Shown here: in pieces, positions 39,360 to 50,597 of the stretch
Layout of the letters: every line of letters starts with the position of its first letter
Position numbering within the stretch: the first letter of the stretch is position 1
Notes under the pieces: generated by a model
What the model saw: the letters and a program-made list of their open reading frames with translations, nothing else
Database searches by the model: none
Told to the model about the DNA's origin: nothing
Assembly (NCBI RefSeq): GCF_001194135.2
Contig: NC_069004.1
Span: 31,178,580-31,229,351 of the forward strand
Direction of reading: 5' to 3'
Length of the DNA stretch: 50,772 nucleotides
DNA from: Octopus bimaculoides
Lineage: Eukaryota
Translations under genes and position numbers: made by a program

Positions 39360-39510
39360 AAAACAATAACAAAAAAACAACAAAGTGAGGACGTGATATG
39401 GATAGTATTATTGGACGCTCAGGAAAGGAAAGAGAGAGTGAATGACGTTTCGGGCGTAGCCCTTCGTCGGAAAGATGGAAAGTTCGGAGAATGGAAGAAC
39501 GGAGAAAGAG
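39360..39510 (-). mobile_element. Penelope-like pseudo-LTR remnant with a degenerate hammerhead-like motif
   Basis: The - strand reads CCGACGA-A-GGGC-TAC-GCCC-GAAACGTC (39470-39444): stem II is perfect and ACGT is palindromic, but the core is CCGACGA instead of CTGACGA and there is no clear stem I. Confidence 0.4.
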
Positions 39511-39558
39511 GAAAAATATATATATATATATATACACACACATTTGCATGCACACATG

Positions 39559-39598
<40 letters not shown>

Positions 39599-39967
39599 AC
39601 CCGTGTAATTCTACTTGCTAACCTGGCTGAAAATAGATTCTATTTCTGATTTATCGTCGAGTGATTTAGCTATGGCAATGGCATTATTCATCTGGAAAGA
39701 CAATTGCTTGATAAGAATTACAACAACAATAATAATAACAGTAATAATGCTTTTTAAGAAGAATTAAATGAATGCTAGTATGAATGTTGTATAGAAATGG
39801 ATAAAGGTGGTGGCGGTGTGGATGAGCAGGAAGGAAACTGTAAGAAGGAAAATGAATAAAAAAGAAACAGGAAATGTTTCTTCTTTTTAATCTTGTATAT
39901 TTTTTACTCACTGAAAGATTTTCATCAATTAAAAACATGAACAATTCAAGAACAACAACAATTAACA

Positions 39968-40201
39968 ATAATCCTTCCTACTAAAGGGACATGGCCTGGA
40001 ATTTTGTGGGGAGGGAACTAGTTGATTACATCAACCTCAAAATTTCACTGGTACTTAATTTATCGACCCCAAGAGGATGAAAGGCTAAGTCGACCATGGC
40101 AGAATTTGAACCCAGAACGTAATGACGGACACAATGCTGCTAAGCATTTTGCCCAGCATGCTAACAATTCTGCCAGCTCACCACCTTAATAATAATAATA
40201 A

Positions 40202-40236
<35 letters not shown>

Positions 40237-41070
40237 AATAATAATGGAAATAATATATTTCTAAATCTCTGGGAGAGATTTATGCAGTAGCAGCACAATA
40301 AAGTCTCCACTTTGAAAACATAAGGACACAGGAAATGTGTCAAGTCCAACAGGAAACGGTGTTACCTAGGGCTAAATAACAGTAGCATTCTTCCCTTTCA
40401 TGGGACTGTCACATTGACAACATGCTATCACCTTAATAATAATAAATGGTTTCAAATTTTGCCACAAGGGGAGCAATTTCGAAGAAGAGGTTAAGCCAAT
40501 TACATCAACCCCAGTGTTCAACTGGTACTTATTTTATCGACCCCGAAAGGATGAAAGGCAAAGTTGACCTCGGTGAAACTTGAACCCAGAACTTAGCGAT
40601 GGGTAAAATACCTCTAAGCATTTCACCTGGCATGCTAACAATTCTGCCAGCTCACTGCCTTATAATAATAATAATAATAATTCTTTTTAATTTTGGCATG
40701 AGGCTAGCAATTTTGAGGGGAGGGGGCAAGTTGATATCACCGACACCTGTGCTCAACTGGTACTTATTTTATCAACTCTGAAAGGATGAAAGAGAAAGTC
40801 GACCTCAGCAGAATTTGAACTCAGAACATAAGGACAAATGAAATACCAGTAAGCATTTTGTCCAGCGTGCAAACAATTCTGCTCGCTCACCGCCTTAACA
40901 ACAACAATAATAAGAATCCTTCCTACAGGGCCTGGAATTTTGTAGGGAGATATTAGTCAATGACATTGATCCCAGTGTTTAACCCCTAAAGAAAAAAAAG
41001 GTAGAGTTGACCTCAGCTGAATTTGAACTCAGAATGTAAAGCTGAAGGAAACGGAACAAAGCATTTCGTC
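39968..41070 (-). mobile_element. Tandem array of four family-B SINEs
   Basis: Family-B bodies with the B-box complement at about 40102, 40578, 40811 and 41019, separated by (AAT)n or (AAC)n. Confidence 0.8.
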
Positions 41071-41305
41071 TAATGCATTGATCAGTCTGACGAAGAATGG
41101 TTTTCAAATTTTGGCACAAGGACAGCAGTTTTAGGAAGAGGGGACAAATCGATTCCAGTGCCGGACTATTTTGGGACTTTTTGCTCAGAGGAACCTGAAA
41201 AACACACAAAGAGATAGTAATGACAACGTTCAGACTCCAGAAATTACTGGTATAAAAGTAGTGCAGAAGAAGGGCCCAGAAAGAGTAAACATGTGCATAT
41301 ATGCA

Positions 41306-41336
<31 letters not shown>

Positions 41337-41399
41337 ATCTGTATGTAAAGAGAGAGAGGGAGAGATAGATATATGTGCACACACACACGCAAACAATGT

Positions 41400-41439
<40 letters not shown>

Positions 41440-41444
<5 letters not shown>

Positions 41445-41625
41445 TAAGTGCCACATAAAAGTGCTCATGTGGTGCCATGTAAAAGCACCCATGCGGAAAC
41501 ACATAAAAGCACGCAGCACACTCTGTAAAGTGGTTGGCATGTTAAGAAGGGCATCCAGCTTTAGAAACCATACCAAATCAAACTGGAGTCTGGTGCAGCT
41601 CCCCAGCTCTGGTGACACTGTCCAA
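41440..41625 (+). mobile_element. Short interspersed repeat family D (also 13590-13750, 18200-18410, 29760-29900, and - strand 2925-3230)
   Basis: Shared CACTCTGTAAAGTGGTTGGC.TTAGGAAGGGCATCCAGC.GTAGAAACC block, preceded in some copies by short GGCACCATAAAAGCACC-like repeats and ending in (GAT)n. Confidence 0.65.
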
Positions 41626-42729
41626 CAATCCCCAGTTGTGCTGAATAGAAGGGAATTTGCTGTATTCTAAAGTTAGAATGTTAAAAGTATATACACCACA
41701 GCTTCCCCTGTTTTTGGTAACTTCAAGTGATATTTCTTCTCCAAGAGGTCTCTAGAGAAGGGTTGCCTGTTTAGAAGGCATGGGATTAAACCTTAACTCT
41801 CTTCCATCTAAACGTTTTTCATGCTTTCTAAAGGCACTGTTAATCGTAATTTTGTTATAAGTGTAATTAACAATATGAGGTTAGTAATAGTTCATATTTT
41901 ATTTTTATCTTGGGAAGCTCATAAAGCCAATAATAAACCCATGTACTGTTTCCAATTCACTTCTTTATTGTTGGTCAGTCGATTACTTATTTGACCAACT
42001 AACGAATCGATTGATTGATCAATCAAGTTATCGAAGTCCTCTCATCATACTTCGTGATCTAACATACGAGTTCACATAAACATAGTTTCGAAATATTGTT
42101 CCTACGTTTTAATCTTTAAAACCGTTACTTTATTATTTTTGTTGTTGTTATTTTTAAGTTCTATACCAAGTGTACCAATATTTCTTTTTAACATCAATTT
42201 CCAATGTTTCATGAAATCGGAGAGATTGTTAACCACCGACTTTACATCACAAAATAGACTTAAAAACATCTTTAAAATCGTAAAATAGTGAAAACGGAGA
42301 TCTTCGTAGAAAGCTGAAAGGAAAAAGTTCAATATCCTTATTATATATTCTACCTGAAATATATAAAGGTTATTCAACTTTTATATTCCTTGCATTCTAA
42401 GAAGCTCTCTGATTACTAAGAACAATTTTATATATCTAGATTAAAAGAAACCAGTTATGAAAGCCAAAGCAACTATTGAGGACATTTTAAATAATAGTGC
42501 CTGAAGAATTCTGTCCTCTATAACAAAATATATTGTATTCCCCGTCGATATTTAATTGTGAGATAGATAAAATTTAGATTTTCTGTCAAGCATCAATGTG
42601 CACTGTCTCTAATTTCAGTTTTTATTTCTAATGATGAAATATTCCAGTTTATTTGTGATCAAAAGCGTAAATAGAGAACTTGATGTAAGGGAGATAACTA
42701 AATGTAAGTATGTTACCTCCCTTAGTTTT

Positions 42730-43230
42730 GTTATCGTAGCAAACAGTCCATCAGATGCGATTATACACCGCTGGTCACAATACGCCACCAATTCTGTCTT
42801 GGTTGCGCCGTTCTTTTCCATCTTGACCCGAATTGCTTAACTAGATCGTCTCCCCATTGTCGTGGAAGCTTTCCAAGTGATCTTTTCGAATCTTATGGAT
42901 ACCACTCGACGACTGCATGGGTCCAGCCCAGCGGAATTTCTGTTTTTGATAATCAGCGATCACACCGTTCACTCAACTCCACTCGGACTGTCCCATTTCA
43001 AATATGCTCTCGTTATTCCTAAGTATGGATTTTTCCATGGCTCTTTGTATCGTAGCCATTCAATGTTCTATCCTCTCCGAAGTAACCCGCATCTCACTTG
43101 CGTATAAGATAGCAGATCCTTTTGTTTATATTTTTTCAAAATAAAATAGGTCTTCACCGTTGCATTTTGTTGATGGTATGATGAGAACCCGTAGTCTCTG
43201 GTATAGAAGGGTCACTGCTTCCATAGACGA
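42730..43230 (-). mobile_element. RTE-clade LINE RT C-terminal region, decayed
   Basis: Reads ILYASEMRVTSERIEH*MATIQRAMEKSIL ... QKQKFRWAG ... KRSLGKLPRQWGDDLVKQFGSRWKRTAQPRQNWWRIVTSGV*, with stops and frameshifts. Confidence 0.8.
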
Positions 43231-44479
43231 ACGGGAATTCCTACCCATGTGAGCACGCCCCACCCCGCCGACTTCTTTTCCATATAACTTCCAGAAAAAT
43301 GAATATTTTAAAATGAAATTTTCTACAAATACATTTCAGATGGTGTAGATTCCGATTATATTGGAATATGTGGTAAACAAAACTTTTCCGAGCGGGGGTG
43401 GGGTGTTTCGGGAAATTCACACGAGATGGCTTTATGATTATATCGGAATTTAATATGAAAAAAAAAAAAATGTCGGGCTCGTATACATACATGAAGACAC
43501 ACGTCACATATATTTGCAAAATGGAACTTGATATTTCAACAAAAAAAGAATTACGATGTGTGACAGTATGCATATGTCCTGTTACGACCGGTTGGCCATA
43601 ACCCGAATTTACACAAACAATAATGATGGGGTGAACCCAAAACTACAACACACCATGAAATTTTTTTTTAAATATTATTAACAATTAAGTGTCAGCACAC
43701 AAACAGCCTACATACAAAACAAACATATACGAACAAAATCACTTAACGCTACGCTAGACGTGCAGTCAAAATATTTACAAAGGTAAAATATATATTAGTT
43801 CAGAAATTCGGACTGAGAAACCCAGCTTCACCAAACTTAGATTCGTAACTCTGGATTCACAAATTTAATTTCACCAAAATTGGCCTCACAATTTTGGTTC
43901 ACAATTTTGGTTTTCGAAAAAATATGGATACCGAAAATCACGATTCATAAAATCTGGCTTCACAAATTCGGAATTCGAACCTTGAATCGAAACATAAATC
44001 TAATGTCAAAGCAACCATTTAAACTAAAAGTTCATGACACAAAACGGCTTCCAGCTACATGAATAAATATAGTTTTTAAAAATAGTCAAACAGAAAAATC
44101 TAGTTTACTTTAAATTCACACGAAATTGCTTCCTACTGAGTAACCATTAGACTAAATTTACAGTTAGCTAATACAAAAAAAATTGGCTACATGAAAAATT
44201 AATTCATACATCCATCTCGCTATTTATATAAATTTTTCAACATTTATCTTAACAGATAAATAGTTAGCAAAATTACTACACAAATGCAGGGTTCAAGATT
44301 CACATAAATATTACAATAACATAACTTAAGAAGAGATTTTTGTACTCACCCAGATGTGACACAGGAAAATTATTTTAAGACTGACAAACAAAAAGTTCTG
44401 GCGAATTCCCGGAGCATAAAATAATTCCATAAATGCCTAACACAAAGCACAAGGTGCATAAACTAAACAGGCAATAATA

Positions 44480-45010
44480 GCTTCCAGAATCCAACTGAAC
44501 GACCTTGTCTTTACTTGCTTATACAAGCGTATATAGAGCGGACTCTAACAAGTCTTCATCTTGTTCATTCTCTCTTCCATCGCTGCATTTGTCCAATAGT
44601 ATGTTTTATATTGTGTTTCTTGTGTGTTTGTATGTGTAAACAATTAGTGGATTTGAACTGCCTGGGCTTTTTCGTGGACGTGAGCGCCTGTGGGTATTCT
44701 GTTGCTGGTTTTATTGGGCTGTATGTGCATGTGTGTGTTTTGTTGGAGATGCTGGACTGTTTAGTGTAATTGTGTGTGTTAATTCTTTTTTTGTTAAAGT
44801 TCTTAAGGGGCGGAGAGTTCTTTGTTTCCTTTCTCTTTCTATTTCTTATACTTCATCTGCGATTAATTCTTCTGCATCTTCCTTCGGATTCTCCCTCCTA
44901 CTTGTTTCTTCCCGTCTCACTTCCGTTAGTGTTTGCTTATGGAGAAAGGGGCAGTTGCTTTAATGCGATCTTTCTCCCCGCAGTAATAACATGTGGGGGG
45001 AGGTCTACCT
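44480..45010 (-). mobile_element. Probable LINE ORF1 / gag-like zinc-knuckle fragment
   Basis: Reads PPTCYYCGEKDRIK[frameshift]NCPFLHKQTLTEVRREETSRRENPKEDAEEL..., a Cx2Cx4Hx4C knuckle with H>R and a frameshift, followed by a charged low-complexity tail with stops. Confidence 0.4.
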
Positions 45011-45112
45011 TAAACGTTCAGTTAATAAAGGAAACCAATTTTTCCATTATACGGACATTGACAACAAATTAAACTGCAAGCTGAGCCTGAGTACACTATT
45101 TATATGAGACGG

Positions 45113-45464
45113 ATATTTGTCCTCATCTTGTTTATTGTTAACACAACGTTTCGTCTGATATATCCTCCAGCCTCCATCAGGTTTCTTGGCGAAATTTCGA
45201 ACCTGGGTTCTCATTCCTAAGGTATTTTTTCGATGTTATTGTTGTTGTTGTTATTATTATTCAGGTCACTGCCTGGAATCGACCTCGGAATCTTGGGGTT
45301 AGTAGCCCGCGCTCTTAACCACTACGCCATATGCCCGTGGGCATAAAAATATACCTTAGGAATGAGAACCCAGGTTCGAAATTTCCCCAAGACACCTGAT
45401 GAAAGACTGGAGGGTATATCAACCGAAACGTTGTGTTAACAACAAACAAGATGAGGACAAATAT
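45113..45464. mobile_element. Fold-back element: two inverted ~113 bp arms with Penelope-type hammerhead motifs enclosing a tRNA-derived head
   Basis: 45113-45225 is an imperfect reverse complement of 45351-45464. The right arm reads GACAC-CTGATGA-...-GAAACGTT-GTGTT. The spacer holds, on the - strand, TGGCGTAGTGG (A box) and GGTCGATTCC (B-box-like) followed by (AAT/AAC)n. Confidence 0.7.
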
Positions 45465-45574
45465 AAATAATGAACGCTCCTTCCTGCGAAGAGTCATGCA
45501 GAACAACGAAACAACAGGAACAGTGAACGTAGAGTTGATGGGTCGTGGATGTTTGGTCTCAAACAAGGCTCAAT

Positions 45575-45815
45575 CTGTCGATACTTTTGTGTGGGACGGC
45601 GTGACGGGTACAGTCTGATCCCAATTATTGAGAGAGAATGTGAAAAATGGTTCAGTGATTCATTCAGATGAGTGGGCTGCTTATAAAAATTTAAATGCCA
45701 AAGGTTATCACCATCTGACAGTGAACCATCAACGGCATTATGTGGATCCAGTGACCAGAGCACACGCTCAGGCCATTGAACGATCATGGTTATATGCTAA
45801 AACTGATTCTAAAAA
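45575..45815 (+). mobile_element. Merlin (IS1016/IS1595-like) DDE transposase fragment, decayed
   Basis: Reads ..LIPII[frameshift]ENVKNGSVIHSDEWAAYKNLNAKGYHHLTVNHQRHYVDPVTRAHAQAIERSWLYAK. The IHSDEW..Y, H.TVNH...VDP and H.Q.IE..W motifs are characteristic of this family. Confidence 0.85.
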
Positions 45816-45880
45816 AAAAAAATGATCTCTGAAATATCTGAAGGATAAGGGAGATAACCCTGTTTGACACCGTGGTTTTA

Positions 45881-46245
45881 TTGTTGGCACTCCGTCGCTT
45901 ACGACGTCGAGGGTTCCAGTTGATCCGATCAGCTTGCACGTGAAATTAATGTGCAAGTGGCTGAGCACTCCACAGACACGTGTACCATCAACGTAGTTCT
46001 CGGGAGAGATTCAGCGTGACAAGGCTGGCCCTTTGAATTACAGGCACAACAGAAACAGGAAGTAAGAGTGAGAGAAAGTTGTGGCGAAAGAGTACAGGAG
46101 GGTTCGCCACCATCCCCTGCCGGAGCCTCGTGGAGCTTTAGGTGTTTTCGCTCAATAAACACCCACAACGCCCGGTCTGGGAATCGAAACCGCGATCCTA
46201 TGACCGCAAGTCCGCTGCCCTAACCACTGGGCTATTGCGCCTCCA
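45881..46245 (-). mobile_element. tRNA-derived SINE, family A
   Basis: Colinear with 11921-12294, with a short deletion beside the GTTGATCCGATC palindrome. Confidence 0.85.
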
Positions 46246-46387
46246 CGGAATAAATAAATAAATGAGTGGAAATTGAACCGGTGAGTGTGTTGTATTAAGG
46301 TACTATGATTGTGTCCATACACAACTTAATTAAAACAGCTAACTATATTGCATATGCAATGCAGGTAGTATTGAATTAGACAGCTAC

Positions 46388-46607
46388 ATATATTCTTTTC
46401 TACTCTAGGCACAAGGCCCGAAATTTTGAGGGAGGAGACCAGTCGATCAGATCGACTCCAGTACGCAACTAGTACTTCATTTATCGACCCCGAAAGGATG
46501 AAAGGCAAAGTCGACCTCGGTGGAATTTGAACTCAGAACGTAAAGGCAGATGAAATACCGCTAAGCATTTCGCCCAGCGTGCTAACGTTTCTGCCAGCGA
46601 GCCGCCC
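46388..46607 (-). mobile_element. Family-B SINE, well-preserved single copy (others near 9025-9230, 10155-10375, 10700-10865, 20845-20990)
   Basis: Reads ttttctactctaggcacaaggcccgaaattt...gaccccgaaaggatgaaaggcaaagtcgacctcggtggaatttgaactcagaacg...ctgccagc. Confidence 0.8.
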
Positions 46608-47783
46608 TAAATAGCTACCTATATAGCATACTTAATGTATACGGACAGTCGATAGGCTTGTCTCAGCACTAATTGTCCTGAGACAGCATTTTCTTTGGAC
46701 TTGCTTTGTTTAAATCGCAACTTTTATTTCTTTATTGCCCACAGGGGACAAACAAGGACAGACAAAGGGATTAAGTCGACTACATCGACCGCAGTGTGTA
46801 ACTGGTACTTAATTTATCGACCCCGAAAGGNNNNNNNNNNNNNNNNNNNNNNNNNNNNNNNNNNNNNNNNNNNNNNNNNNNNNNNNNNNNNNNNNNNNNN
46901 NNNNNNNNNNNNNNNNNNNNNNNNNNNNNNNNNNNNNNNNNNNNNNNNNNNNNNNNNNNNNNNNNNNNNNNNNNNNNNNNNNNNNNNNNNNNNNNNNNNN
47001 NNNNNNNNNNNNNNNNNNNNNNNNNNNNNNNNNNNNNNNNNNNNNNNNNNNNNNNNNNNNNNNNNNNNNNNNNNNNNNNNNNNNNNNNNNNNNNNNNNNN
47101 NNNNNNNNNNNNNNNNNNNNNNNNNNNNNNNNNNNNNNNNNNNNNNNNNNNNNNNNNNNNNNNNNNNNNNNNNNNNNNNNNNNNNNNNNNNNNNNNNNNN
47201 NNNNNNNNNNNNNNNNNNNNNNNNNNNNNNNNNNNNNNNNNNNNNNNNNNNNNNNNNNNNNNNNNNNNNNNNNNNNNNNNNNNNNNNNNNNNNNNNNNNN
47301 NNNNNNNNNNNNNNNNNNNNNNNNNNNNNNNNNNNNNNNNNNNNNNNNNNNNNNNNNNNNNNNNNNNNNNNNNNNNNNNNNNNNNNNNNNNNNNNNNNNN
47401 NNNNNNNNNNNNNNNNNNNNNNNNNNNNNNNNNNNNNNNNNNNNNNNNNNNNNNNNNNNNNNNNNNNNNNNNNNNNNNNNNNNNNNNNNNNNNNNNNNNN
47501 NNNNNNNNNNNNNNNNNNNNNNNNNNNNNNNNNNNNNNNNNNNNNNNNNNNNNNNNNNNNNNNNNNNNNNNNNNNNNNNNNNNNNNNNNNNNNNNNNNNN
47601 NNNNNNNNNNNNNNNNNNNNNNNNNNNNNNNNNNNNNNNNNNNNNNNNNNNNNNNNNNNNNNNNNNNNNNNNNNNNNNNNNNNNNNNNNNNNNNNNNNNN
47701 NNNNNNNNNNNNNNNNNNNNNNNNNNNNNNNNNNNNNNNNNNNNNNNNNNNNNNNNNNNNNNNNNTCTGACTATCGAGTAGAG

Positions 47784-48140
47784 TGGAGGCGCAATGGCCC
47801 AGTGGTTAGGGCAGCGGACTCGTGGTCATAGGATCGTGGTTTCGATTCCCAGACCGAGCGTTGTGAGTGTTTATTGAGCGAAAACACCTAAAACTCCACG
47901 AGGCTCCAGCAGGGGATGGTGGCGAACCCTGCTGTACTCTTTCACCACAACTTTCTCCCTGTTTCTTTTGTACCTGTAATTCAAAGGGGCCAGCCTTGTC
48001 ACACTCTGTGTCACGCTGAATCTCCCCGAGAACTACATCAAGGGTACACGTGTCTGTGGAGTGCTCAGCCACTTGCACGTTAATTTCACGAGCAGAACCG
48101 TCAACGTCGTAAGCGACGGAGTGCCAACACACAACAACAA
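47784..48140 (+). mobile_element. tRNA-derived SINE, family A
   Basis: TGGAGGCGCAATGGCCCAGTGGTTAGGG...GTTTCGATTCCC head and (CAA)n tail. Lacks the internal GTTCCGTTGATCGGATCAACTGG hairpin. Confidence 0.85.
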
Positions 48141-50180
48141 GTAGAATAGTTTTAATGTACAAAAGATATTCGCTTCATCCTGTACGAAGTAAAACCCGAC
48201 CAGTTTGAATTAATCATTCCAGGGAAAAAAAAAACATTTAAAAACGCAGAGATATAACCTTAGCAAAAATATTGTAATAAGCACTGCTGCTTCAGTACAG
48301 CGTGGTACTGACATAAAAACAGTTAATATACTTCATAGAATATTGTTTGCATAACAAGGTACCACGTACCTACGAAATTGTAGCATGCAGTATAAGGGGA
48401 GATAATTTAATAACGATATTGTTTATATTTAACTGGGTTGTCTCCCTTGCAAAACTAACTTCCACGTAAATGGCTCTCCGTCGGTTACAACGATAAGGAT
48501 TCCAGCTGATCCGATCAACGGAAAAGCCTGCTCGAGAAATTCTGTAGAGTACTTAGTCACTTGATTGAGCAGTCCACAGACACACGTACGCTTAACGTAG
48601 TTTTCAAGGAGATTCAGCTTGACACAACGTGGCAAGGCTTGCCCTTTAAATTACGGAGCGACATGAAATAAAGTGTCTTGCTCAAAGACACAACGCGTCG
48701 CCGGAAATTGAACTCACGACGTTACGATCGTGACTTGAGCGTCCTAACCACTAAGCCACGCGCCTTCACTAACTTCTACTTATTGACACGGGGAAACAGA
48801 CGAGATTTTTTTTAATTTCCAGAAATTTAAAACAAATAAAAACACAACACATCAAACATCGACTGAAAATAGAATTTTATTTGTTTTGCAAGCAAAAGAA
48901 GAATACAATATTTCTTTCCTTTATTTGAGAACAGAATTTTCCAGACAATACATTTTATTTAGGGTGGAGATGTTTTGGAGAAAGAGAGAGAGAGAGAGAG
49001 AGAGTTAAGATATTAGAGAACAGACATAGCACCTCTCTAGTGATTCCTTCTTGGATAAAAGTCGAAAGAAAATCACTCGAGTCATAAGGAATAAAGGAAT
49101 CGTGGGTTTTCACGATTCTAACCTCTCAACTAAAGATCACATTCAACTGACGTGTGTGTGACTACACTTAATCACAGCTATGATAAACATTTAAACTTGA
49201 ATAAAAAAACTTATTCTTCATCCCCAGTATATTATTGCTACTTAAGTTATGCTAGACAGAGGTGAGCTTAAGGAATATAGATTTCGATGTATAAAAAGCA
49301 ATCTCTTTTGCATTTAATCAGTATAACTTACAATCTAGGATCGTTCTTGTAAGTTGTAAGAAGCAACAAGAAAGATTGGCACCAGGAAAGGTGTTCAGTC
49401 GTAAAAGCACACCTTGAAAAAGAGATTGATGTTGAGTACAATTAGAAAGGTAAAGTTGAACCTTGGTGGAATTTGAACTCAAAACGTAAAGACAGATCAA
49501 ATGCTGCTAAGCATCTTGTCTGATGTGTTTATGATTCTGCTAGTTTGCCGCTGTGATTCACAGAGGAAATGAAAGGGTGGTAGTGTCCAAGTTGTGTCAT
49601 TTTTGGAATGACATAAATTAAAAAGATATCCCAAAAAGACATTGCAGCATGTAATGATACACAGAAATCCTTCATTGATGGCAAGAAAATGTTACTCCCT
49701 ATTTTTGAATCAAAGTTTTTTACCACCATTTCTGACTGTAAACAGATTTTAGGTTTGACTGAGAAATGGTACCTGGCTATGAAGCAGAATAACTTTCATA
49801 TACAAAAGAGGTTGGCTTCATCCTCTACGAAGTAACAACTTGACCAGTTTTGAATGAATTTCGTTAAAATTCCAAAATAGGAGTTTTAACCTAATTGCAA
49901 ATTTCCTCTTCAAAATATGTCACATTTACCACACTATCTCTATATTTTTTTTACATAAGTAAGTACAAGGTGTCAACTTTTGGTGGGTGGGGTTTATACA
50001 CCCACCATAGTGCTAGGGAGGTATTTTTTATCAACTATAATGGCACCAGAACTAAAACAACAAAGGGTTGTAACTAAATACCCAAAATTAAAAAAGTAAA
50101 AACCAAAAATGTCATCTCCATCGAAATATAAAATTGAATGACTGAAATGTGGTCGCAAAATTCAAAGAATTACGAAGAAT

Positions 50181-50369
50181 TTACTTGAAGTGAGCAACCT
50201 TATTGTTGATGGGAAGTTTCTTACGAGAACTAAGATAATCTTTGATCTTCGGAAGTTCTTCAAATTTTTTCATGAAATCTTTTAGTTTTGGATAATTCTC
50301 AAGAAGCTTGCTGTCAAATGTCTTATGCTGATCCAGGAGTTCGTACATTGGGAAATCTACAAAGGTCAC
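50181..50369 (-). CDS. Mu-class glutathione S-transferase, terminal coding exon (62 aa + stop)
   Basis: Acceptor cctttgaatattacag|GTG at 50370/50369. Translates as VTFVDFPMYELLDQHKTFDSKLLENYPKLKDFMKKFEELPKIKDYLSSRKKLPINNKVAHFK*. TFVDF..YE.LD.H and L..F..RF/KFE.L.KI..Y are mu-class C-terminal-domain motifs. Upstream exons would lie beyond the right end of the window. Confidence 0.9.
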   Translation of the reverse strand: MTFVDFPMYELLDQHKTFDSKLLENYPKLKDFMKKFEELPKIKDYLSSRKKLPINNKVAHFK

Positions 50370-50559
50370 CTGTAATATTCAAAGGGAAAAAAAAGAAATT
50401 TAATTCTTGTAATGCATAATGAGGAAACTGTGGATTTGTACAGATATAGTAAGTTATTATTTACACACTGACCGAACCCTTGTGAGTGAATTCAGTGGAC
50501 AGAGACTGAAAGAAGCCTATAGTGTGTGGGTATGTATATATATATATACACACACATAC

Positions 50560-50597
<38 letters not shown>

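Noticed and set aside
44320-44385. Strong - strand donor CTGG|GTGAGT at 44350 with a possible 31 nt exon
   Set aside because: An isolated splice-like signal with no coding or homology support.
45261-45336. Possible tRNA gene (anticodon loop CT-ACT-AA)
   Set aside because: The acceptor, anticodon and T stems do not pair properly. It keeps only A/B boxes, so it is treated as a SINE-type head.
1949-47831. Long ORF-track entries containing X runs or IYIYIY/HTHT/VCVC repeats
   Set aside because: They span N gaps (2180-2852, 3842-4723, 16282-16834, 19630-19654, 33980-34891, 36309-36408, 36796-37172, 38684-39340, 46831-47765) or dinucleotide microsatellites.
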